From: Trypethelium eluteriae
Lineage: Eukaryota
NCBI GenBank assembly: GCA_051942245.1
Contig: JAVECL010000104.1
Location: 1 to 53,076 of the forward strand
Length of the DNA stretch: 53,076 bases
Reading direction: 5' to 3'
Positions 12,240 to 23,966 of this stretch are shown here, piece by piece. Below the pieces are notes generated by a model. The model made no database searches. It had not been told where the DNA came from and saw only the letters and a list, made by a program, of their open reading frames with translations. Position numbers and translations under genes: made by a program. Position 1 is the stretch's first letter. The number at the start of each line of letters is the position of its first letter.

Positions 12240-14155
12240 ATGAATCCTCCAGCTCCAGCATACACCGGTAAGGGATCCAATCATGAGGAGCTGGGCGCTG
12301 CAAAGCCCTACAGTGAGAGCAATGACGCCCTTGCAAATGGGCCCAGTGAAGTCGAAGAAGGACAAGGGGGACTCAAGCGAGGTCTACACGGAAGACACAT
12401 GCAGATGATTGCCATCGGTAGAGTTTATCCTCATTTTGTTCCTCTAACGATGCTAACACAACTGTCGCAAAAGGCGGTGCAATTGGTGCTGGCCTCTTTG
12501 TGGGCACCGGAAGCGCGCTTCAGACAGGTGGGCCTGCTGGTTTGGTACGCCTGTCCCACCACACTAAACCCAGTTGTTAACCGCCTATAGTTGATCGGTT
12601 ATATTATCGTTGGGGTCATGATGCTATGCACCATCCAAGCTCTTGGGGAGTTGGCGACACTCTATCCCGTTAATGGTGCATATTTTACCTATTTCTGTCG
12701 CTTCCTCGATCCTTCATGGTACGCTCATGGTAGTTTCTGAATCCGTTCAATGAATGACATTTTGACTTACTATAGGGGATTCGCACTGGGGTGGGATTAC
12801 GCAATTGGTTGGCTTGTCATCCTGCCATTTGAGATTACTGCTGCCGGAATTACCATTCAGTTCTGGCGCTCTGATCTTAATATTGGAATTTGGATCGCTG
12901 TTTTTCTGGCCCTTCTCGTTATCGTCCAATTTTTTGGCGTGAGAGGTTATGGAGAAGTTGAGTTTGTTTTGAGTATTATCAAAGTTCTTGCGTGTACAGG
13001 CTTCATAATCCTTGGTGTCGTCATTGACTGTGGTGGCGTTCCAACTGACAATCGTGGATACATTGGTGCTCATTATTGGCACGACCCCGGGGCTTTCCGA
13101 AATGGATTCCACGGCTTCTGCACAGTATTCGTCACCGCTGCCTTTGCCTTTGGGGGGACGGAGTTAACAGGTCTCGCTGCAGCCGAATCGGCAGACCCAA
13201 CAAGGATGGTACCCAAAGCGACAAGACAAGTATTCTGGCGCATCTGCTTCTTCTACATTGTCAACATCTTCATCGTCGGGCTTATTGTGCCAGCAGACAA
13301 TCCCAACCTTCTCAATGCGACAGGAGCAAAAACGGCATATTCACCTTTCGTCATTGCCATTAGACTAGCGGGAATCAAGGCGCTACCCTCCATCTTCAAT
13401 GCAGTTATTACAATTTCCGTCCTTAGTGTCGCCAATTCTGCAACCTTTGCCTCTACCCGCACAATCCAAGCTTTGGCAATGCGAGGTATGGCACCTAAAT
13501 TCCTTGCCTACGTTGATAGGAGAGGCCGTCCTGTCCCGACAGTCATCCTGCAGCTTCTCTTCGGTCTTTTGGCCTTCGTCAATGAGGCCAAGAAAGGTTC
13601 TACCGTCTTCGACTGGCTGTTGGCTCTATCTGGAGTTTCGAACTTCTTTGTTTGGGGAAGTATTTGTGCCTCTCATTTGCGCTTCAGACAGGCTTGGAGG
13701 GCACAAGGGTACAGTTTGTCGCAGCTTCCATACCGAGCTACACTTGGAGTCGGTGGAAGTTGGGTTGGCCTGATCCTGAACGTGGTATGTCTAATAGCGC
13801 AATTCTACGTTGCCGTTTGGGTATGTTGTTCATACTGTTTCCGAGCCTTGCAAAAGCTAATGAACCCTCAAAGCCTGTGGGAAGCTCTCCGGATGCCGGG
13901 GTCTTCTTTCAGGCCTATCTGGCGGCTCCTCTCATCCTTGCTCTCTATGGTGGTTGGAAGATTTACTCCAGCCTCTCTGGCAACCCGCTCATAAATTCGC
14001 GTGGGTGGAAGCCTTTCATTCGCACTCATGAGATCGACCTCGCGACAAATAGACGGGAGAATATCCTTCGCGAGGACTCAGAACCCGAACGTCGTGAAAG
14101 TCTTGCACAAGAAGCTGTTTCGTTTCCGAAAAAGGTGTTCACTGCCTTGATCTGA
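12240..14155 (+). CDS. Amino-acid permease (APC superfamily, yeast amino acid transporter/Gap1-like)
   Basis: Five exons; introns 12418-12473, 12545-12590, 12719-12775 and 13821-13873. Motifs LKRGLHGRHMQMIAIGGAIGAGLFVG, GYGEVEF, AAFAFGGTELTGLAAAE and SPFVIAI. Confidence 0.93.
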
Positions 14156-15172
14156 GCGGAATGACGTTAGTGTCTTTGGAAGATCTGCTCGGCAACGGTT
14201 CCATATGATCTAAGTTGCACAAGTTTGTTCGCTGGCTTCTAACAATTTATGTACATCTCTCCTTCCAATCGATGGCTTGCTCCAGGCTTCTAGACGGTGG
14301 GTTAGGTTTGTACTGGTTTCTTGTGTATAGCTGTGGCTTTTTAGTAAGCATTTTGATGATGTTTCCGACCATTTTGAAGTAAACGCATACGGAAGTTGGT
14401 GAGATTAAGGTTTGTCTTTGATCATGTGCCTTTTATTCCGCTGACCGAGCCTTTAGGGTCGGAGAAATAGATAGTCACAACACGACTTTCCCTCACGTAC
14501 CTAGTTAACAACCGACGATCTAGGTACGACGCGGACCTTCGATTCAATATAGGCCCCGACTTTCCCTCATCCTAAGCCAACAACAATTTGTTCTTATGTA
14601 ATTAATCGAATCCATTCAACATCCAGCCAAATGCGCGATTCCAGCTGCGGTATCTAACTTTCTCACTTAAAAATGCTCCACACATACTATCATTGATAAA
14701 CAGAGAAACCGTACAGGGGAGTGTTCTGATTGAAAACTCTGACTTGAAAACAAAGTCGAGCTCAGAGCAAAGGTCTCAGCGTGTTGGCAGACACTCGGAA
14801 AAGGCTCTGCAAGCGGTATTTGCACTAATAGCTAAGGCCCAACACATGTCAGATAACTAGGTACCTTATCTAGATACCTATCTAGTCTAAATAGGCAAGT
14901 GGCATAATTTTCTATTGAAATCCTACAATTTCTTCACTTTCTAGTCGAAAGTCCTGCCGTATCACGTGCTTTTACGCAGTTTCTGTTCGCCAAGCAATTT
15001 CACTTCACCTACCTAAAGCTTCCTTACCTTGCTCTCTGAATATAACCTCAAAGCTCCAGATCTCTATCACACAACTGGATATTACTCAACTTCTGGCCTT
15101 CAACAGCGGTTCGCATCGTTCACAATTACCTAAGTCGGTTACGGTAATATTGACCTCGTCGCCTTTCTACAA

Positions 15173-16840
15173 ATGTCTGAAAAAGATTGGCACATTAAGA
15201 ATTGGGACGAGTATACAGCTCTTCCTTAATTCACGGCCAAAGTCATTGCCTAATAAGTTACCAGTGAGAATGAATTCCAACACGCAAATCGCTTAATACA
15301 GTATGACAGCTTCCAAGCCATACCTTCTCCCCTAACTTCCAGGCATCGATGGGAGGGAGACCGCAAATCCTACAATGCAATTTTTGACGACCAGAATTTA
15401 GCCGTTTTCCGCCTCCGAGAGATTCTTCAAAACCAGCAGCAAGAGGAGCTATGGCAGCAATGGAAGAAAATCTTTGATCAAATGGGTCATAAGTCACAGG
15501 TGCAATGGTTGGCACAGGTCATGGGCCAATTTGAATCTTCTACCGTATTTTATGCCAGACTAATACGACGCGTTATTGCACAAGGAAGGGCGTCTTTCCC
15601 TAAGAGGGACAGGTCGGACAGGCTCAGGCCAAGTCCCGAGGTCAAAGATCCGAACAAGCCTACTCTTCAGGAGGAGTGTACACAAGTTCAACTTATCCTA
15701 CAAAATCGAGGAATCGACATCTTTGGGTCGGTTCCAAAAGAATCTGTTCCGTTCTCCGCGCATGAGGCCTGGCACACGGAGTTCATCGAACGGCTCGTCA
15801 TCAATCGCGATAATCAGCAGTGCGTAATAATGCGTGAAATGAACCAGGAGTAGGGCAACAGACCACAATGTGTGCAAATCCTTCCGGCTGCCTTAATGCA
15901 GCCAAGTTCAGCTTCTATGCCCTTCTTACTCACACTGTTTCTAATATTTCCTGAGAACATCGCCCATGAGATAATGCGCCAGTCTTTCGGAATAGGAAGC
16001 TATTGCCCTCTAAACCTCATCTCTCTCCGGTCAGACGTGCATGAGCTTTGGGATGATCTCAAGATCAGCATATATATTGTTGGCGCCGAAAGAAAAAGCC
16101 AGCGGTATCAAGTGACTGCAGATGAGTATCTTGGTGAGACTGGCTTTACATTCCGAGCTTGTTATCCTTCCACCATGTCCGAGAGCAACGAACGCGAATG
16201 GATTACAACATCTAGGCCATCCAAGGTTATCCTTTCACCCATAGTCTCAGCACGTATACCATACACAGTACCTTACCATGATAAGGCTCCGAGATGCAGT
16301 CCCATGCTGATAGGATGTCGGCACATAATCACCCACATCTTCCATGTCTTCAAGGATGAGAATTTCGAGCCTATGTACGGGATTGAATTCTTCGGGCCAG
16401 GCATGTTCTATTATAGTCTTCCAGGCTCGGATCCATGGCAGTATGTGCAAACTCACCGCGGTCTCTACTCTTGTCATTCCTGCGCTAATACTGCTTACAG
16501 ACACCGTACCAAAACTTCCCTCCCAACCTCAACAAGCGACACACCAATAGACGTAGACGATACGGCTGAATCAATAGACGTGGACGATACGGCTGAACCA
16601 ATCGATTCGGCAACAGTTCGTGAAGATGACCTTGATGCATCTAATTGGTATGAGTACTTTGGCGGACTTACTGAGGAACAGAAGCAGGCACGAATCGAAC
16701 GTGGTTGGAAGCGTTATTTCATGTTAGCGGAGCTGTACCCGGAATCATCGATTCCAGAGGAGGAATGGGAGGAAATGCAAGCGATTCTAAACGAGGCCAC
16801 GACTGAAGCCAGCGAAAAAGGTTCAAGTAATGCATCATAG
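15173..16840 (+). pseudogene. HNH-endonuclease-like (fungal HNH_2 type) gene interrupted by four in-frame stops
   Basis: One frame from ATG 15173 to TAG 16840 with stops TAA 15227, TAA 15251, TAA 15254 and TAG 15851. The track ORFs 15482-15853 and 15872-16840 are in this same frame. Pattern RDNQQCVI...(V)QILP...NLISLRSDVHELWDDLKISI matches HNH_2 RD..CVIT/AHILP/N.I.LRSD.H..FD. Confidence 0.7.
16545..16605 (+). repeat. 27-bp in-frame tandem duplication (PIDVDDTAE-SIDVDDTAE-PID)
   Basis: caatagacgtagacgatacggctgaa t caatagacgtggacgatacggctgaa, then ccaatcga. Confidence 0.85.
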
Positions 16841-17420
16841 ACATGAAGAGTCAATACGTGGGAGGGTGCACCGACTCATGGTCGTTCCCGGCGTTATGTG
16901 TCATCTTCCGTCAGCAGTGATCCAGGCTCACCAGAAGGCATGGCTACCAATTGGCCATCCATTATATGTCTCTTCACTGTGAAGCGGTAATGCTTTGAGT
17001 GCTACTTGATCTGTTATTCCTTGCTCATAGATATTTCTTTCTTACACAAACGGGGGGTATTGGTGGTCCTGCACTGGCTCTTAGCTCTAAACAAGAATTC
17101 TGTACTCTAGCTTTAGCTCTTTAATTAGTCTGCTTGCTCTACCACAGGCAATAACAATGATGAGTCTTTTCATGAAATTATGGCATGGCAATGAGGAGTC
17201 CGTACCTTTGTGCCATAAAAGAACGCCCAACGTAAGCTCGATGACGCCCTCTCCTAGATGTACGAATCCCTTCAGCATAGGATAGCGATGGAGAATATTC
17301 ATTGAATACATATATGAGGCAAACAAATAATTAGTGAGCGTAGAAGCCTTTGAGAGAGGTTTTGTAAGGGGAGAGTTCACTCTAGTAAGTAAAGAAATTT
17401 TCTTTCAGTGAGGGGATCCT

Positions 17421-18172
17421 AGATCTATTCTCTATGCAGCGGATCCCCTTTCCCCATCAATCGATTATCAGCTCACCCAGTACGTCTCCATGAACGCCTT
17501 CTACGGCTCCACTGAGAATTCGGCTGTCTCATTATGCACCTACCCACGGTGACCCCGACTAGTCGTACCCACACTTCCACCCGCCTTCCACGCCTTCTCC
17601 GAGCGTGCCCCCAACGGCGCCTCGGAGTTTGTCTACCGCTAGGCGTCCGCAGAGGCTGTTGCGACGGACACTGTCCTCGCGGACTGCGATCGCTTCCGGA
17701 GCGACTGCTGGACCGCAGCCCGGTCTGACCGAGTTGCGGACGCATGATCTGTCCAAGCTGCATCCTGATCGGGAGAAGAGGGCGAAGGGGACGTGGAGGC
17801 TTTACGGGCGGGCGGATGATCCAATTATTCTGGCATCTGGACGGAAGTTCAACTCGATTGCTGAGGAGGCGACGGTTGCGACTTTTCCACTGTTGACGGA
17901 CGCAGTGATTGTAGGGGAGCCGAGGGGGGAAGAAGGTGGTGTTAATTGAGCTGAAGGAGGGGATGGGCAATGTGGAGGAAGAGAAGGTAAAGTTCTAGAA
18001 CGAGGTGTGCAGTCGAATCGAGAAGGCAAAAAAGGAGATGTTGAAGGATAAGCTTACTGGGAAGGGAAGGATGGCGCTGGTGGCAACAGAGTGGGTTGTA
18101 AGGGCAACGATAGGGATAGTAGTAAGTAAATTGACAGCGAGAATCACGGAGACGTGATCGATGCCATCTACT
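17421..18172 (+). pseudogene. Degenerate fragment of an adenylation (AMP-binding) domain of NRPS-like/carboxylic-acid-reductase type
   Basis: Across frameshifts: RSILYAADPLSPSIDYQLTQYVSMNAFYGSTE, DPD*SYPHFHP, LRTHDLSKLHP..TWRLYGRADDPIILASGRKFN, DAVIVGEPR, VVLIELKE..F*NEVCSRIEKA, VRATIGIVVSKLT, DVIDAIY. These are the C-terminal core motifs of the domain in the correct order. Confidence 0.75.
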
Positions 18173-18725
18173 GCGGATTTGTAGGTTTGGTAAGATCGAT
18201 CTGGCATGGAGAGAATTTCCTGTATGCAACGCGATGAAAGGTCGGGAACTGGAGCTGTTTTGGATGATACAATTGGGCTTGATGAATGGCTTGTGAATCA
18301 AAGCGACGAAAGCTAGATTTAGACTAGAAGCTGATGGTATCAGTGTATTGAAATTGACGAAACGCCCTTTTCTAATAATGGTGTATGAAAGCATGGGACT
18401 TTCGTTTCACAAAGAAAGTAAAGTTCAGCGAAATGAGAGTAGGATTATTCGGTACGATACTTCGATGATAGAGCTCAAAAGCGTCTTCCGAGAGGCACGA
18501 TCCGCATTTCCTATCGCTTAATCAGTGTCCTTCTGAATTTGAGCCGCTTGTCTTCGAGACACTTACAGTGCTCAAAAGTGGCGTTCCGAGCGTAGGCGGT
18601 CAAGCTGTATCGCAAGCGGCGTTGCATTCGTCTAAAGAGCAGTCTTGCGGACGAGTCTTTCGAGCCCGAAGACCCACTCGGTATCGTACGTTGTCATTGC
18701 ATGCCGCAGCTCTCCACAGAAGCCA

Positions 18726-21700
18726 ATGTCACTGGAGGTAAGACCATTTCGCTCCAATTCGCTAGTATCATACATCTCTCATTTACTTGTACTCATCTTT
18801 AGCAGCATGAAGCGGCTGTAGTGCCCATCACCGCAGTCGCTCACTGGAATGGATGCTATCTCGTCGGCACAGGAAATTCATTGCGCCTCTATTCGGCTGA
18901 CTTCCACGCACTCACCAAAACCAGGGTTTTCGAAGACCAAGTCATTCATGGGATTATTCTCAGTGATGCAAGCACAACAACAGAAGAGGAGGTAATACTA
19001 GTGATATGGGGCTCGCGAAGTGTGCGATTTGCATGGGCAAAAATAGGCATTGAAGAGCCTGAGATATGGTTAGGACCAAACCTAGTAGCTGGAGATTGGA
19101 TTTTAGATGCTCGCTTTGACACCCTAACGGCCGATGGGCTGGAGCTGGATGAAGCAACAGGTGTTCACAGGCAAACTCGGGTCCCACTGGTCACAGCTCA
19201 CAATGCATTACTCGAGTTGAAATGTCGGTGGCGTATGGACCAGATGCAGCGTCATAGAGCTGCAAGGTAAGCTCTGGCTTTTTTTTTCTCTTTCAAGCCA
19301 CTCAATGCTGATGCAAGGCAGAGTCATGCCACTAACGCTAAAGAAATATCCAGTTCTCAGACCTCCTTGACAGAGCTTACAGCAGCCTCACGATGCATCC
19401 TCTATTCTGCGAATCTGCTTTGGCTTAGCACAAGTCGGATACTAGTTGCAGCAGGAACAGCCTTTGGAGAAATCATTGTTTGGTCATGCAATATCAGGGA
19501 CACGATAGCTGGACCAGATATCAAAGTGACAACTCATAACGTATTCACCGGCCACGAAGGCTCCATCTATGGATTGCGGATATCCCCATATCTGGTACCC
19601 ATTCACGAGAGGGGCACGCAGCGTCTTCTGGCAAGCTGTTCCGATGATCGCACCATCCGCGTCTGGCAGATCGCTACTGTTGACGACTCTGACAATGTGA
19701 CAGCTCCGCAAGAAGTCATTGACAAAGCTAAGGAAAAGGAAACCGGATTCTACGCCGACGCAATGCGCACGCCTATCGAGTTTTCAGACGATGCTGGCCA
19801 ACTTGCCTTGGCCTTAGGTCATGCATCAAGAATATGGAATGTGCATTTCCTACCATGCAAATCCTCCGCAGGAACAGAGGCTCTATTGCCGGGACTGACA
19901 TCTGTGGGCGAGGATGCAACTTGCCAATTCTGGGATCTTGCACTGGATAATGATGGACGAGTGGTAATACGACATATCCGCTCCTCTGAGCACCACTGCG
20001 GGAAGAATATTTGGTCCTCTGCCATCGCGTGTGAGCTTGACGGTCAGGTTGATGTCATTACTGGTGGAGCAGATGGTAGCATTACCTTGCATCGTGCCCG
20101 AGACGCGAAATTGGATAAGGATCACTCCAATGATCATGAAGAGTGGACAATCCATGATGTTTCCAGTGCCATGAAGACACATTCAGCATGTGAAGTCAGA
20201 CCTACCAGTTACGACAATGAAACAAAGGAAGGATCAGAGATAACAGCTATTCATGAACAGGAGGGCTCCGTCCCTATTTGTTCACAAGGCTCGGACCTGG
20301 ATGCACAGATCTGCAGCTTCCCCTTGGAGAGTAACGATTTGTTCCGAGATTACACCTTCATTAGGCCAAACTCTTTTGTGACGATGACAAAAGCAGGCAC
20401 TTTGCTGCTCGCCACTCCTGCTGTTCGAGATTCTTGGGGTACCTTAGCCAACACAGCGACAAAAACATTCATGGGATGGCTTCGTGTCATCGATTTTAAG
20501 GATCTCCGCAATGGTTCAACTTTATCGAAGCCCTGCACGCCGTACCCGCCTCCCTGCTCCTTCATCGGCAGTCGGAGCGGATCCATCTACCACTATGACG
20601 ACAACTGGGGCTTGACTTCTAAGGTTGCTCAAGTCGATGGAATGGTTTCTGGTCTCTTCCTTGATCGCATGCAATTTGGCACCGGAGACCCCGGATTTAC
20701 TCTCAATGTCCTTAGCCTCACTGTTACTACTGGAGGGGGAGAATATCTTGATAATTTCCTTTCCAAATCCTATGAATGCAGTAGTCTGTACTTAAAATCC
20801 AGTCACTCCAAGTTGAAATTACCTCCGAACTTTGTTGTCACAAGCATTAAGCATATCATCCTTGACATGCAGCACGAGCTTCTCGTTGTCGGATCTAGGA
20901 GTTCTGGGACCGCAATCTACAGTATTTGCAGACCGCGTACAGCTGGGGATCCTGAAGCGCTTCAACCACCTATCGAGGGTTCCGGTCAATGCTTACCCAC
21001 TCATATGCTTAGCAATGCACATGGTAAAGAAGCAGTCACTTCAATTGCATGGCTTCCGGATCCCACCAGCGGCGCTGGGCCTGAAGAGTTTTACAGATCG
21101 GGCTATCTCTTCAGCACTGGACGTGATGGAACATATGCTATACACCACCTTATCATCAAATATGATTCAATATCATCCCTTCTCATGCATAAGATAATCC
21201 TGCCATTTGGTCCCCACATCGAGGGCCTTCTTATCGACCATCAAAACAGCCATCTACTCCTATGGGGGTTTCGCAATAAGCGCTTTGTACTCTGGAACGA
21301 GACTATTGCTGAAGAAGTGATGAGTGTTGAATGTGGTGGCGCACATAGAAATTGGGCGTTCAACCCTTCCGAACGAGGGCAGGGTGGCATGTTCGTCTGG
21401 ACGAAAGCGAACGTCTGCAACATATACCACCAGCGGCGTCCATTACATCGGAAAGTTCGGCGAGGAGGACATGGGCGGGAGATCAAAGCTGTGGCTGTGG
21501 CCCCAGCGCCTTTAGATGTGGATGGAAAGGGAAGGCATTTCTTTGCCACCGGAGCAGAGGATACTGATATTCGCATCTTTGAATATGATCCTGCTAACTC
21601 GGCAGTGTCATCCGAAAGTGTAGGTTTTCGCTGCTTGCGAGTCCTCCGTAAGCACAATACAGGTATCCAATATCTTCAGTGGTCAGAAGACGGCAGCTAT

Positions 21701-22834
21701 CTATTTAGTAGTGGTGGCTTTGAAGAGCTCTTTGTGTGGCACGTTCAGTCTGCACCTATCGTTGGCATTGCTACTGTCTGCGAGTCTGTACTTCCGTTCC
21801 AAAGCGAGATCCCTGACCTGCGGATCACGAGTCTTGACTTGCGACGAAACGATATAGTTCAAACTACAAAGACAAGAAGCTCAGACGCGGTGTTCGATAT
21901 CGCTTGTACATATTCCGATTCAACGGTCCGAGTGAGTCTGAACATGCGACCAAAAGAAATGCAAGAGCTATAGCTGACCTCGTTGCTTCAACAGGTGTAC
22001 GCGTATCGTTCCAGCAAATACGGCTGTACTTGGCAACATGTGTACACAGGATCCTACGGCCCGAACTACACTTGCCTCACGCGATGTGTCTTCCTCCCCT
22101 CAAGCACTACTCTCATGACTGCAGGAGGGGACGGCTTTCTAGCATTCTGGGATCTCCACAGACGACCGTCCTCAAAAACGACATTGCCGTATTTGGATCA
22201 GGCTGATGCTCAACAAATTCCACAAACCTGCGGGTTGAAATCAGTCGTCCATCAAAGCACTATCAAAGCTCTCGCATATCATCCGCTTGACGAAGGCACA
22301 ATTTTGTTGATAAGCGGTGGCGATGATAACGCCTTGGGTATCTCGATAATCCGTCATAGCATGGCGAAGGGGGAAATATCTCGCAAGCAACCAGCCTCGG
22401 AAGCACCAGCCTCATCCCATGGCAGAACGCAGGTTTCACTATCAACCCTCCTAGTTCCTCGAGCGCACTCAGCCGCTATCACAGCCATCTCGATGGTGGC
22501 CATCTCGCACCAAAAATCCGTCCCGGAAGTGTCTTCCAAAGATATCAGGAAGAAGTTCCATGCTGTCACTGCGAGCAACGATCAGCGCATCAAGACGTGG
22601 AAGATCACAATTGATTTGAGCATGCCTGGTGTGGCGGGCGTGCAGGTAAAGAAGTTGAGGGACGAAAGCACTGATGTGGCTGATGTGGCCAGTATGGCGA
22701 TGCTGGCAACGCTTGTCGATGAGAGCAATGCATCTACAGATGCGAGTGATATGGCACCGAACGCGAGTCCAAGGGCTACAAGTGCGAGGGTTGTAGTGTG
22801 TGGGGTTGGTCTCGAAGTGTGGAGGCTTCGCTAG
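18726..22834 (+). CDS. trm734: WD40-repeat protein Trm734/Rtt10/WDR6 (partner of tRNA 2'-O-methyltransferase Trm7)
   Basis: Micro-exon ATG TCA CTG GAG at 18726. Introns 18738-18802(5), 19267-19317 or -19353, and 21931-21994. Motifs CILYSA, VAAGTAFGEIIVW, GHEGSIYG, LASCSDDRTIRVW, VECGGAHRNW, GHGREIKAVA, ATGAEDTDIRI and SGGDDNAL. Confidence 0.88.
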
Positions 22835-23966
22835 AGGAGCGAATGGCATCTGGATCAAACCGATTGAAAAACGACGAAATCCAGTAGCAAAGTGTACAGA
22901 ATCAGACGAGGTCGATTCTTCAGTTTTACACTGCTTGTACAGAAGAGGGCACGATGGACGGTGTCTGCTGCATGGCGCAGTCGCCACAACACTGTTGACT
23001 TCTCGCGGGAGTCTAGCACTTGATCTACCTAGGAAGCTGAGGGAGCGCTACTTTAATGTTAACGAGCTTAGGTATTGACCAGGGCAAGTCTATCTCTTGC
23101 TCGCGTACAAGCTCTATGCACGTTCATCGGCCAAAGCCAAAGCGCTCCTATGCCTCGCACTGATCCGTCACCCCTCACTTACAGATACCGTCAACAAGCT
23201 TCTCTGTGGCCATCGACTGTATGCCAACGACAATCCCAGTGAGAAGCTCTGGTTTGCACCGCTCAAGTGTATACATGCCCAGAACTCTCCCAAGATACCA
23301 TAATTTTTCTTCGACCGCCTATTTTGAGGGATGCCAAGAACATTGGCATCGCACCTCTTCCAAAGCGTTGCGATGTTCCTGGAAGTCGTGAATGTATTTG
23401 GGTAGTTGATGGCCAAGATGCAGGACCACTGACCCAGGGGCTGGAGTGTAAGTACCTCATCCTACCAGTCGAATCGTTGAGCAGTGCATTAGCGCACTAT
23501 TATACCGGTGACAATCAATCACATCCTGCTGTGGAAGTTGTTACAAAAGATGAGAAATCCTGATTCTTCCGCAAAGCTTCTAAGTACCAGGTGGGTCTGA
23601 ACGTCCCTGCCTACTAAAGAGAGCGAGAGGCGGGGGATGTACGGTAGGACGGCGCCTGAGGCAAGGAACCCATGCAAACTCGCGGGGAAAGAGATACATC
23701 AAAACCCTCTGCAAAGGGTTTACTGCAGCCTACTTGCATGTGCAGCACCTCTATATCAGCCTTCTGTCGTCAAACCACCTCATCGATTTTTCGCCGCTCT
23801 GAGGAACTCACGGGGGACTTATCCCAGCAGTGTATAGCTTCAGGTACCAGCTTCATTCATGCGTGCACAGTCACTGGCTTTTCACACTCCGCTCTTCGTG
23901 GCCGCCTCAAGGCCGGGATAAGTTTCATCTCCAGGTCTGGTAACGGCCATCACTGCTGCCGGTATT

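Noticed and set aside
14712..14735. TA-CAGGGGGAGTG..., resembling the start of a Tc1/mariner terminal inverted repeat
   Set aside because: I found no matching inverted copy on the other side of the HNH gene and no transposase.
22840..23960. Short ORFs and splice-like signals upstream of the NLR; looked for a partner effector or amyloid-signalling motif gene
   Set aside because: No recognisable domain, no N/Q/G-rich amyloid motif and no consistent gene model.
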